The notes beneath the pieces are model-generated. The model was not told where the DNA came from. It did no database searches and was given only the letters and a program-made list of their open reading frames with translations. A stretch of DNA of 64,000 nucleotides from Ruditapes philippinarum (taxonomy: Eukaryota), in the NCBI RefSeq assembly GCF_026571515.1, contig NW_026867184.1:310001-374000 (forward strand), given 5' to 3'. The position numbers and the translations under genes were made by a program. Positions 36,501 through 48,500 of the stretch are shown one piece after another (position 1 is the stretch's first letter; every line of letters starts with the position of its first letter).

Positions 36501-39500
36501 TGAACACTTCCACGTACCCATTTATGGCAAGTTTCTGTAACAAATTACCAATGATGTGAGTCAAAGGCAAGAAAGGGGGTATATGTGTCGTCCGACATTT
36601 TTTGTTTTTAATTACAATTTGTCCGTTGTTCATCGGCCGTCTGTGCGTCCGTATTCAGTTTATTACAAACGAATTCTCCTCATAAATACTGGGCCAATTA
36701 ATTAACTAAATTGTTCAAATGGTTCTGCTCCATTTAACATCTGGGACAGAAATGTAAAATATATAGATATTTACATCTGCATTTTTCTCAAGTTCTATAG
36801 GTCTAAGACAAGGCGAGAATTTATCGCCGGTGCTCTTCTCAATCTACCTAAATGCCCTAGAGTTAGCCCTTAATAAGGACAATAATGGAGTCACATTTGA
36901 CGCTACAACCCAGTTTTTAAAAATATTAATATTACTATATGCAGACGACACGGTCGTAATAGGCGAAAATCAGGAATCATTCCAGTCCTGTCTCAATGAT
37001 TTTCACAAATATTGCGAGGCTTGGAAATAAAATATAAACTTTCAGAAAACTAAGGTAGTTGTCTTTGGCACAAATAAACCCAAGTCATACACTTTCAATA
37101 TAAATGGTCAATCAATCGAAACAGTAACGGAATATAAGTATCTAGATGTTATTTTCTCTAGCTCTGGTTCATTTCTTGCGTGTAGGAAACACCTAGTTTC
37201 ACAAGCAAACAAAGCCATGAATGTTCTATATATGAGAATAAACAACTTTGACCTTCCCTTAGACCTACAAATAAAGTTATTCGACCATACAGTGCTTCCC
37301 ATTCTTACATATGGAAGTGAAATATGGGGGTTCGAAAATTTAAATATCATAGAACAAGTCCATTCCAATTTTTTACGCAAGATTACTAATACCAGAAAAA
37401 GTACTCCTAGGTACATGTTATATGCTGAACTTGGGCGCTATCCTATCGAAATAAACATCAAATCTCGTATGATAAATTTTTGGAATAAACTTATTCAGTC
37501 TAAGGAATCAAAAATTTCATTTATGTGTTACAGGTATATGATACAGTCTAGTTAAAAGTATACTTAACTGTACAGGTAATTCTATTTTATGGTTAAATCA
37601 AAATAATATCCAAGCTAAATGTATTAACAAATTGGTTAAACAAACATTAATCGACCAATATAAACAAGAATGGTTCTCACAACTAGAAAACTCGCATAAA
37701 GGTAGACTCTATGGTAGTTTTAAAAACAGTTTTAATCTAGAATATTATTTAAATATTCTCCCCCACCCCCTTAGATTATCTCTTTTGCATTTCCGAACTG
37801 CTAACCATCGTTTCCCAGTAGAAACGGGTCGTTGGAAACAATCTTTTAAACATCATGAGCAAAGAAAGTGCCAAAAATGTAACTCGGGGGACATTGGCGA
37901 TGAGATGCATTATCTGTTAATATGCCATTTTTTCAGAACTAAAAGAAGACAGCTAATACCAGAGAGATTCTATATTAGACCAAATATACTGAAATTTAAG
38001 ACACTACTTAACACAAATGATAGCCAGACCCTAACAAACCTTAGCTTATATGTTAAATATATCATGAAACAAATTAACGATTGATAACAATTACATGAAC
38101 TGATTTATTTTACATACCTGGTGATTGTTAATCCTTATTATCCCCATCTTTGACTACTGTATGTTCACTGACTTTTTCCTTTTTTTATTGTTGTTAGCAT
38201 ATTAAGAACTCAAAACTTTGTTTTTTCACCGCTTTCAAATAAATACTTCAAATATTGTCCGCTTTCCCCATCGAATACAGAAACACTAAAACACAAAACA
38301 TAATTAATTAGAATATTTTTGATCATGTGGTTACCCATACTAATTATTTATGCTACTGTTCGTTCACATGTTATTGCTTGATACATGTTAAATGTGTATT
38401 ATGTAATCTGTGACAATTGAACATGAAGTGATTTGTATTGTATTGTATTGTATTGTATTGTATATCTTAACATTGAATAAAGTTTGAAAGTAAATATTGG
38501 CATCGTTCCAGGAAATCATTGATTTTCCTTATATGTATATAGTAAAACCTTAAAGATATTTCTTCTCTTAAAGTACAAGAGCTAAAGGTTTGTTTTTGAC
38601 ATGAAACATTATCAGTTAGGACTCTACTAATTTGCTCCAATTATAGCATTGGGTTAAATTGGCCACGTCCCAGGGAATCATTGATTTTTCTTATATGTGT
38701 ATTATATGTGTATAGTGAAAACAAAATTTATCTTCTTCTATTATACTACAAAGGTTTAACCTTGAAAAATTGGTATATTACATTGTCCGGTGGACCTTTA
38801 CAAAAAAATATTTAAATTATAGGCCTTAGGTCAAAATTGACCCGCCCCCAGGGGGTCATTGATTTTCCTTATATGTATATCGTATAAACAAACAAAAAGT
38901 CTTCTTGTAAAAAACGAAAAAAATTAGTGCTAAGATATTTAGCATGAAAAATCTTCTAAAAGGTGTCTATCAAGTTTGTTCAAATAAAAGCCCTGGGGTC
39001 AAAATTGGCCCCGCTCCATATGTATATAGTAAAACCAAACAAAAAACTTATTCTCAGAGTCTTTAACTTAGATATTTGGTATGAAACATTGTGTAGTTGA
39101 TCTTTACCAATTTGTGTTCAAATTATATCCCTGGAATAAAATTTGCAAGTATAAAGAAATAACAAAAAACTTCTTTTACTATGCTAGAGAGACTTTAGCT
39201 TAGATATTTAATGAAACATTGTCTAGTGGACCTTTAGGCCTCAAGGGAATCATTGATTTTCCTTCTATGTTTATAATAAAAAACATAAAAAATCCAATGA
39301 TACTGTAGAGGCTTTATCTTAGATATTTGGTATGCAACATTGTCTGGTTGACCTCTACAAAACTTTTCAAATAATAGCCATCAGGTTAAAATTTGCCCCG
39401 CCCCGGAAAAACATAGATTTCCTTATTTGAATGTAGTAAAAACCTTTTTTAAAAATCTTCTCTAATTATACAAGAGCTAAAGCTTAGTATCCATAGCAAC

Positions 39501-42500
39501 CTGTGACTTTATAGCAACAGCAACCAGTGACTTCCATAGGAAACATTAACTTTCCATACCAACCAGTGAATCTACCATTGAATTTCTTAGCAGGCACTGA
39601 CTTCCAAGGAAACCATTTACTTTGTATAGCAACCAGTGACTTTTTATTTTACTGTTATTTTCCCTTAGCAATAGCAATCAGTAATGTTATTACACGTATA
39701 CTTTTTCAGATACAAATATGAACATTGTGACAGTTTATGATTTAGATTTTATATCTGCTTTGGTTTGTAGTTTACATTATTACTTGTAAAGAGAGTATTC
39801 ATATTTAAGTGAGCGATATTAAGGCCATCCTGGCCCTTTTGTTTGTTTTTCTTTTCTGTTTTAAATCTGGCCAACGTCATCATGATTGGTAAGATATTCT
39901 TATTTGTGATTATTTCTTATTGACTCCTGTATTTCGTTGGCTTGAAAGTTTGATTGTGTGGCAATATGTTGAACTTTTTTTCAATGTTAAATCTTGTTCA
40001 CGAATAAATCAGACCTTTCACTTCTTTGAGATGCGGTGTTTGATCAGTTGGTCACGAATCATATTTTCTTTGGAAAGAATAAGTATGTAAAATCTCCCAA
40101 TGTTTGAGTCATCTTGACGTATTTTTGGTATGAAAATATCTTGTAAAAAATAAGAACAAAGATAAACAAGGCACAGAACACAGCCCCGACACAATCCAAA
40201 AACAACAGCAAGGCATGGAGAAGGCACCGAGCCAAAACCGGGAGAAGACACAAGGGTGGCAAAATGAGGGGACATGTAATAAGTGAAATGCTTATAATTA
40301 AAAGGGGCGGATAGACAAGGGGCGTAAGGAAAACATTTGTGGTTGGGGAAGAGAAAGGGACATGGCACAAAATGTAATAAGAGGGACCCTCCACAATGTA
40401 ACTTTCGTTTTTTTTTCTTGTTATGCCAGCTACTTGTATATAATAGTCAAATCGTTTAATATAATTGTCCCATGCACTGGACAAGTGTGCATTTGCCCGT
40501 CAACTTTGAAAGTCTGTGGCGTTGGCAGTTCCGAAGATGCCATCTTGAAAAAATTATAAAAATCCTTGATTCTTGTAAATAGCCACAAGTCCTCTTGAAA
40601 TAATTAAACTATTAAAAAGTATGATCCCATCATTATCGATCAAGTGAAACTCAATGGAATTTTGAGAAAGCATATCACTCAGATCTGTCCATTTTATCGA
40701 AACTAAACTGTCAGACCCATTCTCAATGAAAACAAACTAACCGTGACCATTATACTATGAAAATTTAAGACATCAGGAAATGATCACTTTCGACTATATA
40801 ACAATAAACGTTATTATTCATTCAAACTTCTAGAGAAAACATTAATATTGCTATTAATCAGTGTAACATATAATTTCTACGACTGTTTACAAAATATCTA
40901 AATTTTATTTTTATATAGGCTTTCTTGGTAAACGTTCGTTTACTTTTATTTACAAAGGACATGTCAGATTATGTAAATGATTATTATGCATTCGTTCCAG
41001 GGATTTTGAGCAGTTGTTTAAAAGTCCTAAAAAAGATTAAACTTCTTTAACATCTTTTAGGGCCGATGTATTTAGCACTGCCATATTCTTTTCATCATGT
41101 GACATGAGTACATTATTTAGCCAATAAATGTGATGGTGGCATTGCAAAAATCACATTTACTTTTGTTCATCGTTAGGTTTTTATCTCTAAGGTGGTGTAG
41201 GACATTGCGCAGCGTGGCGTTTTGTTGTTCTTTTTTAAATCATGTACCTGTATAAAATCTGAATTCTTTGTTTGCAATTCGGTTGTCTTGAAGTGTATGT
41301 TGAATTCAGGTGTTGGTATATGTCTTGATATAGGGGACTCTTGAAATGCACGGACGGGCAGCTAAGGTCATCCTCAAACTGTAAAACTGGAAATTCGCCA
41401 TTTGATTTCTACGTTACCACCCCCACCCCCTACAAAAAAAACAAATACAGAGTATAAATCTGAAGCACAGAAAATTCTAAATATAATTCGAATATATAGT
41501 CCATAGTTTGTAACAAATGTTGTTGTTTTCTTGATTGTGGGTCGATCTCTATCTGATATACTCCATGTTTAGGCCTATTTATGTGAATAATCCGGCTCAA
41601 CTAAGTTCTTCCAGTGTTTCGTAAATGCTCAGCATGGAAAAATCGTTCACGTTCAACTGCTGTGTTTTCTTGTCTCGTGTCTACACAAATTCTTATGTCT
41701 CAATTGCTTTCAGAAATAATTTAGCGGGGTGGCACCAATGGTGTATTATCTTCAACTTTTTCTATGACATCAGAGTTTGGTAGTTAGTTTTATTTTTTCT
41801 CAGATGTGTCGCCGAATTTTAAAAGGTGACAGTCTAACAGTGCAATGGGCTTAACATCTTTGTGTGTTGTATATGTAGCTGTAATCTTTGAGTTTCCCAA
41901 TACTTAAAATCGATCATTAAACTCTGAATGTTTTTATTTGGAATTTGTTTCAAAATATAGGTAATTCTGGATCAACACTTCAGTTTGCTGTCCTAAAAGT
42001 GGTGTACATTCTACATCAGTGATGTGAAACGTTATTTTTGTTTTTATTAACCAGATTTTCCGAAGAAAAAAACTGGTTATTGGATTGAGGTATGTCGGCG
42101 GGCGGGCGTAAAAAAGTTCTTCCGAGCACAACTCCTCATACATTTCACAGAAGCTTTGTCAACAAGTGCCCGGCGCATATTATCGGGGTTTTGTGATTTG
42201 ATAATATTTGACCTAATTATGCCCCTGTCCTTTTCTTATATAGATTTCTTCAGGAATTTTGACCAAACTTTCACAGAAGCTTTGCCATCAAGTGTCCTGG
42301 CGCATATTATCGGGGTTTCTGATTTGATAATTTTCGACCTAATGATGGTCCTTTTATGGAATATATAGTGAACAATTCCTTCTGTGCGCAACTTCTTCTT
42401 TAATTCTCAACGAATAAGATATTTCAATTAAACTTGATGTAAAGCTTATGACAAGACCTTGCTTTGGATTGCTTTTGGGCCCCTTTGGGTCACGGTCATT

Positions 42501-45500
42501 GTTACTAAAATTAGAAAATCAGTTTCCGGGAATTGGTTAAGTTTGGAATGAGATATTTCAATGAAACTTGGTGTATTGCAAGTTTATGTAAAGCCTCGCT
42601 TACGATTGCTTTTGGGCCTGATGAGTCAATGTCACTGTTACTAAAAAGGGAAATTAGTTTATGGTCAATAACTAGAGTTTGAAATGAAATATTTCAATGA
42701 AACTTGGTGTAAAGCAAGGTTATGTAAAGACCTTGCTTACGATTGATTTTGGCTTCCTGAGTCAAGGTCACTGTTACTTAAAATATAAAATCGGTTTCCA
42801 GTCAGTAATTAAAGTAACTTGAATGAGATATTTCAATGAAACTTGTTGTATAGAAAGAGCTTATGTGAAGATTTTGCTTGGAAATGCCTTTGGATTCCCT
42901 ATGATCAATAAAAGGTCATAAGAAATAGAAAATTTGTTTCAGGTCTAGAACTTGATTAAGGAATGAGATTTTAATTCCTCTTGAATATTATTTCTACAGT
43001 ATTTGAACGCTTCAATTAGAATTGCATTTTAACCCCATAGGGTTATTGCCATTGTTTTAATGCCAAAGCTAAACTGCACATAGCTTGTATTTATATTCCA
43101 ATGACAACAGTGCATTCAACAGTGGTGGTTATTGAAAACCTGGTTTCGTGGCTTTTTTCATTTTCATTTCTGCGATTCCAAAAACATTCAAAGCTTATTT
43201 TAAGCATATTGGTATATCTTGAAATGGAATTTGTTTAGAGATGTAGATTTTGTTTCACTTTTTCAAAGGTTTAACGATTTAGACAATTGACACTTGCTCC
43301 AGAATGTATCAGCAATTTACATTTAAGAAGTTAATTGTATTGTTTCCAGCTATGTAATTGTTCTATATCATTCTTCGACCTTTTTTAAGTCAATTTATGT
43401 GAACTTCAGTAAATGTTTTAGAAATGTGGTAGACTAATTGTTCTCATGTTAATAGACTATGTCAAACAAATTCTTTTTTTCAGATGGTGTGAAACTTGCT
43501 CAAAGTGGAAAAAAGAACTGTCGGGGGTAAATAGATCAAGGAGTGTAAATTGGGAGAAAACGGAATCATGGAAATGGCCTGACTCTTATGAAAGCATTGT
43601 CGAAGTATTCCTGCCGGGTGACTGGACAAAAAGCAATCCCATACAGTTTTCAGATATATCAACACAGTGTCATATTTGGCTGCAATGTAGGGAATTTCAC
43701 CTGAATAAAACAATAGTTAAAAACGTTAGAGCTGCAAGAAATGAAACATATCATAATATTAGTTTTGAAGCCACTGATATTGAAAAGGCCAAAGCTTTTG
43801 ATGCTTTAAAAGATTTGATAAAAGATAAAGACATCGCAAACGACATTAATGTGAATGAATATTTAAGCAAACTGGATGATATTTATGTGGATGATTTATT
43901 CTATTCCATTGACAAATCTGTACTTGAGGAAATAACAGCTGTATATCATGAAAATCAAAGATCATTAGAACACACATTAAGTGAAATATGTGACCACTTA
44001 GAATCTATAGAGGTGGAAAACAGATATTCTGGTACGGTGTTAGACAGACTTTCAAGGAATTTTAAAAAAAAAGATTCGAAGAGAAGGAAAACAACACCTT
44101 TTACAACTCTTGCGCTTACGTTTGCATTTTTAGGATGTGTATGGTATTATTTTGTACCAAACCACGTATCGTTGAAAGAGTATCATTCTCAAGGTCTAGG
44201 TAAAAATATTCAATTAACTGACGCTTTCTGTTTTTAGTTAAATAAATTAGTATAGCAAAATAAAGGACATTACTTTAAATGATTTGCTAATAACCATACT
44301 TGAAGGGTGTTTAATATGATTACACCTGTTGAAGATTGTTTTTATGCCTTCCAATTCTAAGAATGCTTTCATATATGGGTCGGTTGGTCCGCCGTTCTTC
44401 CGTTAGACCATACCTTGTTCAAACAATGAAGGAGTTGGCATGACTTGTAAGTATAATATCTGATGATTGCGATATTGATATGTCAAAGGCAGGTACAGTC
44501 ACCGTAATATTGACATCAAACTGTTGTTATACTAATCATAAAATAATGCGTTGACCTTCAGATAAAGAAAGGAGATTAGGAGATTAGACGCGACATTAAG
44601 ATACCTTTCATAGATTTTTTTGTTTAAGACGACCGAGATAAAGGTTATAGAACACTTTAATACAGCAAATTCCTTGGAGAGTATGAATTTGACAGGTTGA
44701 AGGATATGTTTAAAATAGAGATTACAATGCTTTACACGACAAAAGCCGATTTACAGTTATCAGATTATGAATTGTGCATGGTTAAATGTCTCACGGGGTC
44801 ATATATGTGTAAAGCGATTCGCAAGACAAGATAGAGGTACACGCAAATATGTTGAAAATAAGTACAGAAAAATTATAATAATATATTAAAATTCTGGCCT
44901 AGGATTTATCGAAATGTTGAAACATTTACAATTTCTTAATGTAATTGTTGACTTTTACTTTTTGCAGACGGATGTGTCTATGAAAACTATACTTTGCCTT
45001 GGATGCAAGATTTACCATTAATAGAGTACGTACGAGACACTAACACTTTAGTTGGGAGACATTGGCTGTTTAAAATGTTAGATAGAAAACTTTTACAAGA
45101 CGAATCATCTGGACGCGGAATAGTCTCTGTTGCAGAATTCGGGTACGGAAAGTCGGCCATAGTTTCCCATTTGCTATGCGCCAGACATGGTGAAAAGGGC
45201 AGAACTTTAAGGGAACACATAGCTGCGTTTCACATATGTAAATACGATGTTTCTAGCACGCAGTCACCCGAGAGGTTTATCAGGCGTTTAGTAGGGTTAT
45301 TTGCAATGAGACTACCGGAATACGGCAATATTGTTTCCATGATGTCCAGTTCCTCTATTTTATATGACAAGGAAAAATGTGCTAAGGAACAAGATGCGTG
45401 CTTTGATCAGGCGTTTAGAATTCCATTTAAAAATATGACATCAGAATATTCTACAATGATTGTGGTAATAGACGCTCTTGATGAATGTTTTCACTTAACA

Positions 45501-48500
45501 AAAAACGAAAATTTTATTTTGAATTTGATATCGACACGACTACGATATTTTCCAAAGTGGGTCAAATTTCTCATAACAAGTAGAGACATAATGCAACTGA
45601 AGTTCTCTAAAAAAAACTAGAGAGATTAAATCTTTTAGCTAACGACTCGACCAATTTCACAATATTCAAAAAAAAAAAAAAAAAAAAAAAAGTATATTGA
45701 AAAGTATTTGAATATTTACAATGAAAAGTCACGATTTTTTTATTCTGATATAAAACAGAAAATACTGGAAAGTGGTGAAGGCAACTTCCTGTACATTATT
45801 CATGCATTGCAATATGTTCAGAGTCCTGACTTTAATGGCAAGTTGCCTAAGCTACCATTTTCATTAGAGGATATATATGAACTTAATTTTGATCGACAAT
45901 TTCAAGGAGGTAATACCTACAGTAATGCTAGACTTATTCTCGAAATTATTTGTACAAGTTTAACTCCTCAAAGTAGAAACGATATATATGACATACTAAT
46001 AAATAGTGAGGCAATCAACATATCATATAAAGATTTTGAACGGGAATTTGAACAACTTTCTTACTTTATAAAGGCGGAAGATGGCGTAATTTTACGCCAT
46101 AAAGCAATACACAGTTGGTTAGTTAATTCAGCCTCCAGCAGATATAAAGTTTCCCTTACAAAAGGACATGAATTAATTTCAAAACATTTGCTTAGAACTG
46201 TGGAGAACAACGGCACTGGTGATATTATTGCGCTAGTAATTCATCTGAGTAACTCAAAAAGTGTTACTCTGCAAAAGACATTTCATTCATTCAATATGAA
46301 TAAGGTGATGTCTTTCAGAGAGAAGGAAGTTCTACATAATCTAATAAGTAAGACTGAGTCTGAAGAAGCGCTTGATTTACTTCTATTTCATCATTCCAAA
46401 GTTGATATAACAGATGAAAATGGAGTAAGTCCGGCATTTCTCGCAGCAGCGAAAGGGCATCTTAAACAGCTAAAATTGTTGCTGCGGAAAGGTGCAAACT
46501 GTGATTTTGCAGTGAATCCTTGTAGGAAGTGTGATACAAAGCTATTTCTACGCGATTTCAAAAAAGATATAGAAGAGATAAAAACAATTTTCTATTCTGG
46601 TTATGGACTTCTTCACATAGCAGTACAGCATAGATCTACAGAAATTGCAAGATATTTGATTGAAGAAACAAGCATTTCTTTAAATCTTGTAAACGTTATT
46701 GGGCAGCGGCCAATTGATATAGCTTGCGAGATGGGAAATATTGATATATTGAAAATATTTATGTCTAGAAAGTCAAATATAATTGACGACAATTGTTTGT
46801 ATTTTGCGTCCAAAAAAATTCACATTTTAATATCGTTAAACAAATTTAGACTCAGGATTTAAACCGAGTTGCATATCCAACAGAACTGCTGAAAGGGAAT
46901 TAGGTAAAATAATGAAATCGTGTAACTGCGACGCCTCGCCTTTAGACAATCTGATAAAACCTTTAGACACATGGTGGATTGTCTTTCGAGAAACCTCACT
47001 TCATTATGCGATTCGGTCTGGGGACTCACACATCGCAGAATATATTGCAAAAAAGACGAAGCGTTTAGCAGAGTGTGTTGATTCGTATGGTTATACACCT
47101 TTCTTACTTGCGATCAAGCATGGAAGATACCAGCTTACTAATGGCATGAAAAAAAGAGCAAATATAGATATCTGCTCTTCCTCTGCTTCATTTTTATCTC
47201 GTCAAGACATCGCCGGTTCCGGTACTATAATTGATGAGAAGAGGGAAGATATTTGTCAAGAAGGTGCAACATTTGCCCATTTAATTGCTAAATACAATCG
47301 GGTTAAAATGATTGACCTTTTTGAAAATGACGTCACTCTGAAATGGAATATAGCAGATAGTTCTGGCAATAAGCCTATACACTATGCAGCTAGTCACAGT
47401 AGTACGGATTTCATCAAGTTCATGTCCTTGAAATTCGGAAGGACTGCTTTTGAGGAAGAGTCAAAAAATAAATCAACGGCGTATCATTCTGCAGCAATAA
47501 GCTGTTCAGAGGCGAGTTTAAGGGCACTTACTAATGCATTTAGTGATAATTTAATAGATTTCAAAGATAATTGCAATAGGAGCGTATTGCATTATGCTCT
47601 CATGTGCGAGGCTAAGAGCTGGTCGAACTTTCCTCAAAATAATCTAACCCTGCGTTGTCAAAAATATTTACTAAAGCTAACAAATATATCACATGTTGAT
47701 TGCAATGAGCAAAATTTACTTCATTATATCGTTATGTATGGGCACGAAAAACTGCTTCATTATCTTCAGAAAATGAAACCAAAGCAATACAAACAAATGC
47801 TACATTCAAAAAATCGATTAAAGTTAACTCCAGTCGAATACATTTTGTATTATGCACCAAATGATGAGATTTTGTTCTCATCTACTGTTTTCAAACAATT
47901 CAGTAATGAAAGCATAAATACACAGTCTTGGGAAATACGACGGTCGTTGATCCCATGGGAAAAATGTTTAATCAATATTCAAAAATTATTTACGCAGGAG
48001 GAGACCAAAGAACTTCTTTTAGAATACTTCTATGCTATTCTTGTTAAAAGCCCGTTTTTGTCGAAAACTCTTTTACTTAATCGTGTTTTTGCAAATATCT
48101 CGTTTATTGAGGCCTTAAATATCAAGGGGCATATAATTCATGGTATGTTTTGGGCAAAACAGTTCAAACGTGAGCACATTTTTCAACAATTATTAAAGAT
48201 AATTTCCGATGACAATCCCACGCTACTTTTCAGTTGTGGGCAACCTCTAATTCGTTCTCCTTTGCATTATATTGCATTCTCTGCTCCTTGGACTTACAAT
48301 GACACATTGTTTGATGTTATCAATAATACCTTTGCTGTAGGAAGACGCATTAAGAATTTGAAGTGCAGTACCATAGATGGATTTAACCTTCTTCACTACT
48401 CTATTATTGGTGGTTTTATAAACCTTACGGATTTTTTAATGAAAAAGAAATTATCTTTGGTAACTCAAAATGTTTCTGTTGTTGATATACTTTATATGAC

